Shown: piece after piece, positions 25,207-33,118 of the stretch
Layout: the number at the start of each line of letters is the position of its first letter
Numbering within the stretch: position 1 is the first letter of the stretch
Source of the DNA: an uncultured Fibrobacteria bacterium
GTDB taxonomy: Bacteria; Fibrobacterota; Fibrobacteria; UBA5070
Reading direction: 5' to 3'
NCBI GenBank assembly: GCA_964469025.1
Contig: CAYXXL010000001.1
Coordinates: forward strand, 1-40,857
DNA: 40,857 bases
Program-made: the position numbers and the translations under genes
The notes under the pieces: model-generated
Databases searched by the model: none
The model's input: the letters and a program-made list of their open reading frames with translations, nothing else
What the model was told of the DNA's origin: nothing

Positions 25207-25259
25207 TTGTCCACAAAGAAATCCACAACTCGGGGATAACTATCGAGATATGTGGATTT
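25207..25259. promoter_or_regulatory. Cluster of DnaA-box-like 9-mers
   Basis: Scored against the consensus TTATCCACA:
- TTGTCCACA (25207-25215), 8/9.
- AAATCCACA (25219-25227), 7/9.
- TGTGGATTT (25251-25259), reverse complement AAATCCACA, 7/9.
- Reverse complement of cggggataa (25231-25239) is TTATCCCCG, 7/9. Confidence 0.35.
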
Positions 25260-25276
25260 CTGGTACATTCGAAAAC

Positions 25277-26692
25277 ATGAATCCCTCCACCGAAGTTCTC
25301 GGAACCCATCAAAAAGCGTTGCGGGTGAATCTCGATCCGCGCCGCTACGGAACCTTCGCCGAGATCGGGGCCGGACAGGAAGTGGTCCGCTGGTTCTTCC
25401 GGGTGGGCGGGGCGGCGGGGACCGTTTCCAAGTCCATGAGCGCCTACGACATGACGGTCTCCGACGCCATCTACGGAAAGTGCGAGCGGTACGTGGCCCG
25501 GCCCCGGCTGCAGAGCATGCTGGACTACGAATTCGACCTGAACCTCAACCGCCTCCAGGAGTCCAGGGGAGATTCCACGGCCTTCTTCGCGTTCGCCGAC
25601 ACCGTCTCCGCCCGCAACTTCCAGGGCACCAACGAACAGCACGGCTGGATGGGCGTGAAGTTCCAGGCACATCCCCGCGACGAGACCTCGCAGATCATCA
25701 TCCACGTGCGGATGCTGGACAACGAGAACCTCCTGCAGCAGGAAGCGCTGGGCATCGTGGGGGTCAACCTGCTCTACGGCGCGTTCTTCCTCTCCCACGA
25801 ACCAGAGCTCCTGGTCGAATCCATGCTCGACGGGCTCTCCACGGCCCGGATCGAGATCGACATGGTGGAGTTCAACGGAATCGAGTTCCGCCATGTGGAC
25901 AACCGCCTGATGAGCCTGAAGCTCGTCCAGCTGGGCCTTTCCAAGGCGGCCATGTTCTCTGCGACGGGCGAGGTCCTCCAGCCTTCCGAAGTCCTGCACA
26001 AGCGGTCCATCCTGGTGGAACGCGGCAGTTTCCGTCCGGTGTGCACCGTGAACCTGGACATGATGTCCGCGGCCATGGCCAAGCTCCGGGAGGAGTCCTC
26101 CTTCCAGGAGGAACCGCTGGAGATCATGGAGATCACCATGTCCAACCTGGTCAGCTCGGAGAGCCGCTCGGTGGACCGCCGCGATTTCCTCGCCCGTGCG
26201 GACATGCTGTCCGCGTGCGGGAAGACGGTGCTGATCTCCGACCACTCCGAATTCTTCCGTCTCGGGGCCTGGCTTTCGCGGTTCACCAAGCAGCGCATCG
26301 CCATCGTGCTGGGCGCCCAATCCCTGCAGCAGCTGTTCGACGAATCCTTCTACCAGAACCTGGACGGCGGCATCCTGGAGGGGTTCGGCAGGCTGTTCAA
26401 GAACGACCTGCGCCTCTACGTCTATCCCTTCCTGGATCCCGCGACCGATGTCCTGCACACCGCCAGGGACATCTCCGTGCCTCATCCCCTCACGCACCTC
26501 CACGAGTACCTGCTGGACCGCGGAGTGATCGAGGACGTCCAGGATTACGATCCCGCCTGCCTCAAGGTCTTCTCCCGCCAGGCCCTGGCCTACCTGAAGA
26601 GCGGGAATCCGGCCTGGCTCCCCATGGTCCCGCCCGAGGTCGCCCAGGTCATCCGGAAAAACGGCTACTTCGGGTGGAAGAAGGACCCGTAG
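25277..26692 (+). CDS. Conserved-looking hypothetical protein (471 aa), family not recognised
   Basis: ORF 25250..26692. ATG 25277 (MNPSTEVLG) is preferred. It shows even, coding-like composition and is soluble with no TM segments. Contains RYGTFAEIGAGQEVVRWFF. Confidence 0.6.
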   Translation: MNPSTEVLGTHQKALRVNLDPRRYGTFAEIGAGQEVVRWFFRVGGAAGTVSKSMSAYDMTVSDAIYGKCERYVARPRLQSMLDYEFDLNLNRLQESRGDSTAFFAFADTVSARNFQGTNEQHGWMGVKFQAHPRDETSQIIIHVRMLDNENLLQQEALGIVGVNLLYGAFFLSHEPELLVESMLDGLSTARIEIDMVEFNGIEFRHVDNRLMSLKLVQLGLSKAAMFSATGEVLQPSEVLHKRSILVERGSFRPVCTVNLDMMSAAMAKLREESSFQEEPLEIMEITMSNLVSSESRSVDRRDFLARADMLSACGKTVLISDHSEFFRLGAWLSRFTKQRIAIVLGAQSLQQLFDESFYQNLDGGILEGFGRLFKNDLRLYVYPFLDPATDVLHTARDISVPHPLTHLHEYLLDRGVIEDVQDYDPACLKVFSRQALAYLKSGNPAWLPMVPPEVAQVIRKNGYFGWKKDP

Positions 26693-26712
26693 GGGCGATC
26701 CGTGGATCGGCG

Positions 26713-27663
26713 CTAGGGGACGAAAATCGTCATCCTGCCCACCAGCTGCCCCTCGCCCGTGAAGGTCTCCACGGAAGCCTTCCCGGGTCCCGCGGCCACC
26801 AGCGCGGAAGAAGACCAGACCCGGAAGCCCTTCGCCCTTCCCCCCAGCAGCGGAAGCCTCACCCGCGCGAATTCCCTTCCGTCCCTGGACCAGGCGTGCA
26901 CCAGGGTGTCCCGCAGTCCCGACGGGGCGAAGACCGGTGTGAAGGCCCAGAGTTCCTTACCCCGCTTCGCCGCCTCCAGCGTGTCGACAGGCCTGCGTCC
27001 GGAAATGCCGGAGCAGAAGACCCCAGCTTCGATCCGCATGGGGACGGGTGCGATCCAGGGAGCCGCGGCCACCGCCAGGGAGGCGCCCACGAAGACGCCG
27101 ATGGGAACGGTGATCCATGGTCCGCGAAACCGCGCCGCCACCGCGGAGACGCCGCCGGCCAGCGCTCCCGCCAGGGCCAGCGACTCCAGCGTGTGCACCC
27201 CGGACAGGGTGGGCACGAGGAACGCGAGGGCCGCGAACTGGACCAGCGAGTTGTGGATGGCGGCGGCACGCATGTCGCGCAGGAACCAGTTGTAGACCGG
27301 CACCACCACCACGGTGCCGCACAGGAGCAGGAGCAGCGCGGTGAAGGGCGCGTTTCGGGAAGTCCAGGTCGTGGATCGGATCCAGAACGGAAGCACGAAG
27401 AACAGGATCTCCTGGCTCGCGCCCTGACCGATCCAAGTCAGGCTCGTTTCCAGGATGCGCATCCATCTGCGGTCGTCACGCCGCAAGGCCCTGCGGACCA
27501 GCGCCAGGAGTCCCAGCACGATCCAGATCGTTCCCAGCAGCCACGCGACCCGCCGCGCCTGTTCGTAGCGGCGGACCACGAAGAACGCGCTCCACGCTCC
27601 GGTCGCGAGCGAGACCCACGGGGCCGCGAGACGGATCCTTTCGCGCCAGACCGGACCGGGCAT
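26713..27663 (-). CDS. Polytopic membrane protein, unknown function
   Basis: Internal ATG 27663 (MPGPVWRERIR) lies 8 nt after the upstream stop. There are about 6 hydrophobic segments, followed by a soluble C-terminal domain. Confidence 0.6.
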   Translation of the reverse strand: MPGPVWRERIRLAAPWVSLATGAWSAFFVVRRYEQARRVAWLLGTIWIVLGLLALVRRALRRDDRRWMRILETSLTWIGQGASQEILFFVLPFWIRSTTWTSRNAPFTALLLLLCGTVVVVPVYNWFLRDMRAAAIHNSLVQFAALAFLVPTLSGVHTLESLALAGALAGGVSAVAARFRGPWITVPIGVFVGASLAVAAAPWIAPVPMRIEAGVFCSGISGRRPVDTLEAAKRGKELWAFTPVFAPSGLRDTLVHAWSRDGREFARVRLPLLGGRAKGFRVWSSSALVAAGPGKASVETFTGEGQLVGRMTIFVP

Positions 27664-27671
27664 CGGGATCT

Positions 27672-28583
27672 TCACGCCCGGCCCGCCAGAAGCCAGGTCC
27701 ACGCGTCCGACAGAACCGCGCCACCGTCCGGCCAACGGGGCGTGAACGCGTCCAGCGCCAGCGAATTGTGGCACGGCGACGGGGTCGAGTGTTCCGCCGA
27801 CGGATCCAGGTCCGTGACCAGCCTGCGCACCCTGCCCCACGGTGGATCGCCGGACTCGACCCGCTCTTCCCGTGCCTCCTCCGCGAACCGCATTGCCAAT
27901 TCCCGACCAATGGCGACGGGCACGAGCTCGTCGCGTTCGTGGAGAAGGGAGAAGCGGAAGGCGGCAGGAGTCGCCCAGTCCGGGTCGGGATCGGTCCAGC
28001 GCGCCGGTGTCCCGCTTTCGCGGCACCATTCCGCCCAGCCCACGGTCACCACCCGGTCCAGGTGGTGGAGGCGTCCGGCCAACGCGGCGTAGCCCGCACC
28101 CAGGGAATGGCCCAAAGCCGCGATCTTCGACCAGGCGGGGTCCACGTCGGCCATGAATCGTCCCCATCCCTCCTTCGGTCGCTCGGAATCCAGGCGGCGA
28201 AGCGCCCCGGCCAAGCGTTCCAGGATGGATTCGCCGGGCCTCAAGGCCACCCGGCCCGTGCGCGCCTTCCCGTCCCAGTGGTCCAGCCGGAGGTCCAAAT
28301 GGGCCGCGGGATCTTCTCCTGCCATTTCGTTGATGGAGGTGTCGTTGGGGTAGCGCAGCACCAGGGCGTGCAGCCCCAGGGCCGAAGCCTGGTCGGCCAA
28401 AAGGCGGTAGTCGCGCGGCTGCCCTCCCGTCCCGGGGAAGATCAGCGCCAGCAATCCCTGGGGAGACGCCAGATGGGGCGCCGAGAAGTAGTGGGGCGAG
28501 GTCCAGCGCTCGGTCCGTTCATCCACCGCGCGCGGGGAGAGGAACCCGCGGTGCGTCGGGAGGGACGGAGGGTCGATGGGCAT
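27672..28583 (-). CDS. Alpha/beta hydrolase-like protein
   Basis: Internal ATG 28583 (MPIDPPSLP). It has the GHSLG nucleophile elbow (ALGHSLGAGYAA) and is probably co-transcribed with 26713-27663. Confidence 0.55.
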   Translation of the reverse strand: MPIDPPSLPTHRGFLSPRAVDERTERWTSPHYFSAPHLASPQGLLALIFPGTGGQPRDYRLLADQASALGLHALVLRYPNDTSINEMAGEDPAAHLDLRLDHWDGKARTGRVALRPGESILERLAGALRRLDSERPKEGWGRFMADVDPAWSKIAALGHSLGAGYAALAGRLHHLDRVVTVGWAEWCRESGTPARWTDPDPDWATPAAFRFSLLHERDELVPVAIGRELAMRFAEEAREERVESGDPPWGRVRRLVTDLDPSAEHSTPSPCHNSLALDAFTPRWPDGGAVLSDAWTWLLAGRA

Positions 28584-28641
28584 GAGGGACGGAAAACTAC
28601 TGGTCCGCGCACATTGGAGCGGGTTGTACGTTGTTGGCTCG

Positions 28642-29091
28642 ATGCGCGCGAGCCTTCTCCTCCTCTCCTTTCTTCTCGGTGCCTGCACGGTGGTCCCCAC
28701 GCCCACCACGTCGCTGTCCGCGGCGTCCGATCCGAACCTGGTGGGAACATGGCGGTCTGTCACCGAATACAATTCGGATTCACTGGTGCAGCGCCTGGCG
28801 ATCTTCTCGGACGGCAGCTACGAGCGTTGGGCGGTGGATTCCTCCGCCGTGGGCATTTCCGTGGTCCTGACCGAGGATGGAACCTGGGCCTTCCCCACCA
28901 CCGACACCGCGCATCTCGTCTTCTCGCCCGCCAGCCGCGACATCTGGCCTCGCGGGGGAACCGGCTTGGCCGCAACGGCGACCACCCCGGACACATCTTC
29001 CTGGTCTCGCGCCCCAGATACCCTCTACTTCACGCTGCCCGAATGGTACCAGCGGGACAGTTCGCAGACACTGGGATACACCAGGGACTGA
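28642..29091 (+). CDS. Lipoprotein, unknown function
   Basis: MRASLLLLSFLLGAC (signal peptide plus lipobox LGAC) from the internal ATG 28642 of ORF 28576..29091. Confidence 0.6.
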   Translation: MRASLLLLSFLLGACTVVPTPTTSLSAASDPNLVGTWRSVTEYNSDSLVQRLAIFSDGSYERWAVDSSAVGISVVLTEDGTWAFPTTDTAHLVFSPASRDIWPRGGTGLAATATTPDTSSWSRAPDTLYFTLPEWYQRDSSQTLGYTRD

Positions 29092-29115
29092 GACGCCGTC
29101 CCGAAACGATGGGAT

Positions 29116-29676
29116 TTGCCCCGTGACGGAAAAGTGATCGGATTCGAGACCGAGCGGTTGCGGTTGCGCCAGTGGAGCGCCACCGACCTGGAACCCTTCG
29201 CGGCCCTGAACGCGGATCCCTTGGTCATGGAGTTCTTCCCGGCCCCCCTCTCCCGCGTGGAAAGCGACCGAATGGCGGACCTTTGTGCGCAATTCCTGGA
29301 AGCCCACGGCTGGGGGGTCTGGGCCCTGGAGCGGAAGGACACCGCCGAATTCATCGGTTTCGCTGGCCTGAACATCCCCGCCACCTTGCACCCCTTCCAG
29401 CCCTGCGTGGAGGTGGGCTGGAGGCTCGGCACGGCCCATTGGGGCAGGGGGTTCGCCACCGAGGCCGCGCGCGCCGCCCTTTCCGTGGCGTTCGACCGCC
29501 TGGAGTTGACGGAAATCGTCGCCTACTCCGCTCCCGCCAACCTGCGGTCCAGGCGGGTGATGGAACGCCTGGGCATGCGCGAATCCGGCCTCTTCCTGCA
29601 CGCCGACCGCCCCGAAGGCGCGCCGTTCCGGGAGCAGGTGCTGTACCGACTGCGGAGGGAGGATTGGAGGGGGTGA
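29116..29676 (+). CDS. GNAT family N-acetyltransferase (RimJ/RimL-like)
   Basis: ETERLRLRQW, then VEVGWRLGTAHWGRGFATEAARAAL. The start is either TTG 29116 or GTG 29134. Confidence 0.75.
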   Translation: MPRDGKVIGFETERLRLRQWSATDLEPFAALNADPLVMEFFPAPLSRVESDRMADLCAQFLEAHGWGVWALERKDTAEFIGFAGLNIPATLHPFQPCVEVGWRLGTAHWGRGFATEAARAALSVAFDRLELTEIVAYSAPANLRSRRVMERLGMRESGLFLHADRPEGAPFREQVLYRLRREDWRG

Positions 29677-29771
29677 GAAGAGAGGAGCGAGGCGTCCCCG
29701 TTCTCGCGAGCCCTCCCCGGAGGCTATCTTTGCGCCTCCGTCATTGCCACCGCTTCCAGGAGATTCAGGAC

Positions 29772-30953
29772 ATGGCCTACCGCATCGCCACCTTGAACAA
29801 GATCAGCCCGGAGGGGCTCGGCCTCTTCGGGGCCGAATACGAGGTCGCCGACGGGCTTTCCGGTCCCGACGCCATCCTGGTCCGCTCCACCCAGGTGGAC
29901 ACCGAAGGCTATCCCTCCACCCTCGCCGTCGCCCGCGCCGGTGCCGGCGTGAACAACATCACCATCGACAAGGCCACCGCCGCCGGGATCGCGGTGTTCA
30001 ACACCCCGGGCGCCAACGCCAACGCCGTGGCCGAGTTGGTGTTCACCGTGCTGGGCTATTCCGCCCGGAACCTGGGCGAGGGCATCGCCTTCGCGGCCAA
30101 GACCGCCGGAGAAACCGATTCCGACAAGGAACTGGACGAGAAGGTGGAGAAGGGCAAGGGGAAGTTCGCCGGCTACGAACTGGCCGGAAAGACCCTGGGC
30201 GTGATCGGCTTGGGGAAGATCGGCGTCCTGGTGGCCAACCTTGGTGTCCAGCACCGCATGAAGGTGGTCGCGTTCGACCCGTTCCCCTCCATCGACAACA
30301 TCCACCAGCTCGAGCCCTCGGTAGCCATCGCCAAGTCCATGGCCCAGGTGGCCGCCGCCGCGGACATCCTCTCCATCCACGTCCCCCTCTCGGACAAGAC
30401 CAAGGGTCTGGTGAACAGCCAATTCCTGTCCGGAATTCGCTCCGGCGCCGTCCTGGTCAACTACTCGCGCGGGCCCATCGTGGAGGAGAAGGCGGTCCTG
30501 GAGGCGCTGGATTCGGGGAAGCTCAAGGCCTACCTGAACGACTTTCCCACCAAGGCCCTGGTGGCCCATCCCAAGGCCGTTTGCACCCCGCATCTGGGCG
30601 CCTCCACCGAGGAGTCGGAGGAGAACTGCGCGGTCATGGCGGTGAACCAGCTCAAGGCCTACCTGGAACTGGGGAACGTGGTGAATTCCGTGAACTTCCC
30701 GGTGTGCGAGAGCATCCCCCACGAGAGCATCCGCACGCGATTGATCGTGATCAACAAGGACGTCCCCAACATGATCGCCGCGGTAACCCAGATTCTGGGT
30801 TCCGCAGGGGTGAACATCGCGAGCTACGTCAACAAGTCCAACGGCAAGGTCGGCTACAACATCGTCGACATCGCCGGCGAGATCGACGCCCAACTGGTGG
30901 CCAAGATCGCCGCCTCCCCCGATGTGATCCGGGTCCGCACCATCTCGCTCTGA
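29772..30953 (+). CDS. serA: D-3-phosphoglycerate dehydrogenase with C-terminal ACT domain
   Basis: MAYRIATLNKIS..., the NAD motif GVIGLGKIGVLVA, SRGPIV and TPHLGASTEESE. The tail is ACT-like. Confidence 0.85.
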   Translation: MAYRIATLNKISPEGLGLFGAEYEVADGLSGPDAILVRSTQVDTEGYPSTLAVARAGAGVNNITIDKATAAGIAVFNTPGANANAVAELVFTVLGYSARNLGEGIAFAAKTAGETDSDKELDEKVEKGKGKFAGYELAGKTLGVIGLGKIGVLVANLGVQHRMKVVAFDPFPSIDNIHQLEPSVAIAKSMAQVAAAADILSIHVPLSDKTKGLVNSQFLSGIRSGAVLVNYSRGPIVEEKAVLEALDSGKLKAYLNDFPTKALVAHPKAVCTPHLGASTEESEENCAVMAVNQLKAYLELGNVVNSVNFPVCESIPHESIRTRLIVINKDVPNMIAAVTQILGSAGVNIASYVNKSNGKVGYNIVDIAGEIDAQLVAKIAASPDVIRVRTISL

Positions 30954-31003
30954 TCCTCGAGCCAAGATCGATTCCAATCAGCTCACCACAGGATCCGCCA
31001 CCC

Positions 31004-31582
31004 ATGAAAGCTGCCGAAATCGCCGACGTCTTCCGCTCCACCGGGGCTTTCCTGGAAGGGCATTTCATCCTGTCGTCGGGGCTCCACAGTCCCAACTACA
31101 TGCAGTGCGCCAAGGTGCTCCAGCACCCGGAACACGGAGAGCGGTTCGCCAAGGCCCTGGCGGAGAAGCTACAGAGCCTGCGGCCCACGGCCGTGCTCTC
31201 CCCGGCCCTGGGCGGAATCCTGGTGGGCTACGAACTCGCCCGAGCCCTGAAGGTTCGCAGCCTTTTCGCGGAACGCACCGACGGAATCATGGGTCTGCGC
31301 CGGGGTCAGGAGATCCTGCCAGCCGATCGCTTGATCCTCTGCGAGGACGTGGTGACCACGGGCAAGTCCATCAAGGAAGTGGAGGCATTGGCGCTGGCCG
31401 CCGGTGCCACGGTGGTGGCGATGGTGGCCATCGTGGACCGCTCCGGCGGGAAGTGGAGCCTGTCCCAGCCTTTGACCAGTCTGCTGACCATGAAGCTGGA
31501 GACCTACCCTCCCGAATCTTGCCCCCTGTGCGCCGCGGGATCCCAAGCCGTCAAGCCGGGCTCCCGACCGACCCCCTCCTGA
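31004..31582 (+). CDS. pyrE: Orotate phosphoribosyltransferase
   Basis: GHFILSSGLHSPNYMQC and the PRPP motif LILCEDVVTTGKS. Confidence 0.85.
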   Translation: MKAAEIADVFRSTGAFLEGHFILSSGLHSPNYMQCAKVLQHPEHGERFAKALAEKLQSLRPTAVLSPALGGILVGYELARALKVRSLFAERTDGIMGLRRGQEILPADRLILCEDVVTTGKSIKEVEALALAAGATVVAMVAIVDRSGGKWSLSQPLTSLLTMKLETYPPESCPLCAAGSQAVKPGSRPTPS

Positions 31583-31678
31583 CCTGGGCGGCTGCGGCGG
31601 CATCCCCCTCGCTTGCTCAGATGTACCGGCGTCGATGGCCCGTGCGTTGCTGTTCCCCATCCGGACGGGAGGTGACCC

Positions 31679-31927
31679 ATGGCCGTGACGCATGCGATCC
31701 GGTTCTTGAAGGTGATCGGAGAGAGACCTGATCTCCGCGACGAACTTTACGGCTGCGTGGGCCGTGATGCCCTGTTCGCGCACCTGAAGGAGTCCGGTTT
31801 CACCTTCTCCGGCGGCGAGTTCGAGGAAGCAGTGGACCATGTCCATTGCGCCTGCCAAACCCATGAGGAAGCCGACGCGCTGATGAACCGGGTCACATGG
31901 ATGCGCCTGGTCCTGGCCAACGCCTGA
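31679..31927 (+). CDS. Nif11-like small protein (82 aa)
   Basis: GGGAGG lies upstream of the ATG. AIRFLKVIGERPDLRDELYGCVGRDALFAHLKESGFTFSGGEFEEAV follows the Nif11 N-terminal domain pattern. The C-terminus carries HCAC. Confidence 0.5.
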   Translation: MAVTHAIRFLKVIGERPDLRDELYGCVGRDALFAHLKESGFTFSGGEFEEAVDHVHCACQTHEEADALMNRVTWMRLVLANA

Positions 31928-32029
31928 AGCTTGGCTGGATCCACGCCCGGGGACCGAAATGTCAGCCGATGTCCGGATCCGTCAAGGCCTGTACATGACA
32001 ATCGAATCCCCTGATGCGCTACTCGCTTT

Positions 32030-32458
32030 TCATTCCAAATTCAGGGGAAAGCGGTTTTCGCCGCGCACCGCTTCGCGGGCCGCCTCCTGCAAACGCGCAC
32101 CGATCGCCAGCAGTTCCTGCATCCTCTCGGGACCAGGGATCCTGGCCTTGCGGATCTCCAAGGAACACAGGTCCGACTCCTGGTCCAAGGTGAGCAGGGC
32201 GACTTCGATCTCGGCGCTGACGGGAATTTCGGATTTCAAGGCATCCAGGAGATCCGCGAACGTGTGGTTGTCCGGAAGGTTCCCCGTCCGCATCAGGATG
32301 GCCATGATGAACTTCTCCAAGGCCATGCACAACACGCTGTGCACGATCTCGGGCGTGAAGATCCGGGGTCGGAGGTGGCTTTTTTGAACCACCCGGAAAT
32401 ACCCCTCGCCTTCCAGCAGAAACGGCTCGATCCCCGATATTTCATTTATGGCATCCAT
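32030..32458 (-). CDS. HEPN-like small protein (142 aa)
   Basis: Internal ATG 32458 (MDAINEISG). The pattern MALEKFIMAILMRTGNLPDNHTFADLLDAL resembles the EKALKA...HDL..L pattern of HEPN domains. Confidence 0.45.
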   Translation of the reverse strand: MDAINEISGIEPFLLEGEGYFRVVQKSHLRPRIFTPEIVHSVLCMALEKFIMAILMRTGNLPDNHTFADLLDALKSEIPVSAEIEVALLTLDQESDLCSLEIRKARIPGPERMQELLAIGARLQEAAREAVRGENRFPLNLE

Positions 32459-32546
32459 GAAATCCCCCAATGGAGGCCTTGGCCGGCCTATTGGAGACCA
32501 GATCCGCGAATTCCACGCCAAGTTGGAGGAGTTTTTGCGCCTCGGA

Positions 32547-32858
32547 CTACTGGCCGGCGTCGGTATTGCCGCCGGTCGGCTCCAGCAGATGCTGCAAGGA
32601 CAGCTGGGTCAGGGATGCGGAACCCATGGGCTTCAAAGGTGGCAGGGAAGCCAAGGTCTGGCCGGGGGTGGAGACCACGAACGGCACGGTTCCGGAAACC
32701 TGGGGGACCGTCGATCGAAGGCTGGGATCCAGGACATAGGCGGGTCCGAACGCGGAACCCTTCGCCGGATCCTTCCTGTCCTTGGACGCAGCTGTCTGGA
32801 GGCTCGCCGGAGGGTCCTGGGGCACTTGGATCGCTGTCTGTGATGGTTCGATGGACAT
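32547..32858 (-). CDS. Pro/Ser/Thr-rich hypothetical protein (103 aa)
   Basis: Internal ATG 32858 with AGGAGC upstream (MSIEPSQTAIQVPQDPP...). It is low-complexity and no family was recognised. Confidence 0.35.
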   Translation of the reverse strand: MSIEPSQTAIQVPQDPPASLQTAASKDRKDPAKGSAFGPAYVLDPSLRSTVPQVSGTVPFVVSTPGQTLASLPPLKPMGSASLTQLSLQHLLEPTGGNTDAGQ

Positions 32859-33019
32859 GGCGAGCTCCTGGTTCGTCGGACCCTTCCCGGGTCCAACCAG
32901 GGTTGGTTGGAGTTCCCTGCGATCATCATCGACCCCTGGGCATCGGATCTTGAGGGGTTTTTTCGGGCGACATTGGGTGTACTTTTGCACCTCCCCCGGG
33001 GAGAAGCCGGGGCATCGCC

Positions 33020-33092
33020 GAGTCGGTAGCTCAGTCGGTAGAGCAGCGGCCTTTTAAGCCGTGGGTCGAGGGTTCAAACCCCTCCCGACTCA
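33020..33092 (+). tRNA. tRNA-Lys (anticodon UUU)
   Basis: Folded by hand as a cloverleaf:
- Acceptor stem GAGTCGG/CCGACTC.
- D stem GCTC/GAGC.
- Anticodon stem GCGGC/GCCGT with loop CTTTTAA.
- T arm GAGGG-TTCAAAC-CCCTC.
- Discriminator A.

CCA is not encoded. Confidence 0.93.
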
Positions 33093-33118
33093 TCCAGCCT
33101 GTCGCAGGAGAGAAGACC

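Noticed and set aside
25101-25259. Chromosomal replication origin (oriC)
   Set aside because: Only four imperfect DnaA-box-like 9-mers are present. No dnaA, dnaN, gidA or parAB genes lie nearby. I saw no repeated AT-rich 13-mer-type unwinding elements, and the location upstream of mraZ is atypical. I kept it as a possible regulatory site only.
31679-31927. Nif11-type RiPP precursor peptide
   Set aside because: The Nif11-like region spans most of the 82 residues. No Gly-Gly/Gly-Ala leader cleavage motif is followed by a plausible core. The only GG lies inside the conserved FTFSGGEF segment. No maturase, radical SAM/lanthionine enzyme or peptidase-domain ABC transporter lies nearby. It is more likely a stand-alone Nif11-family protein.
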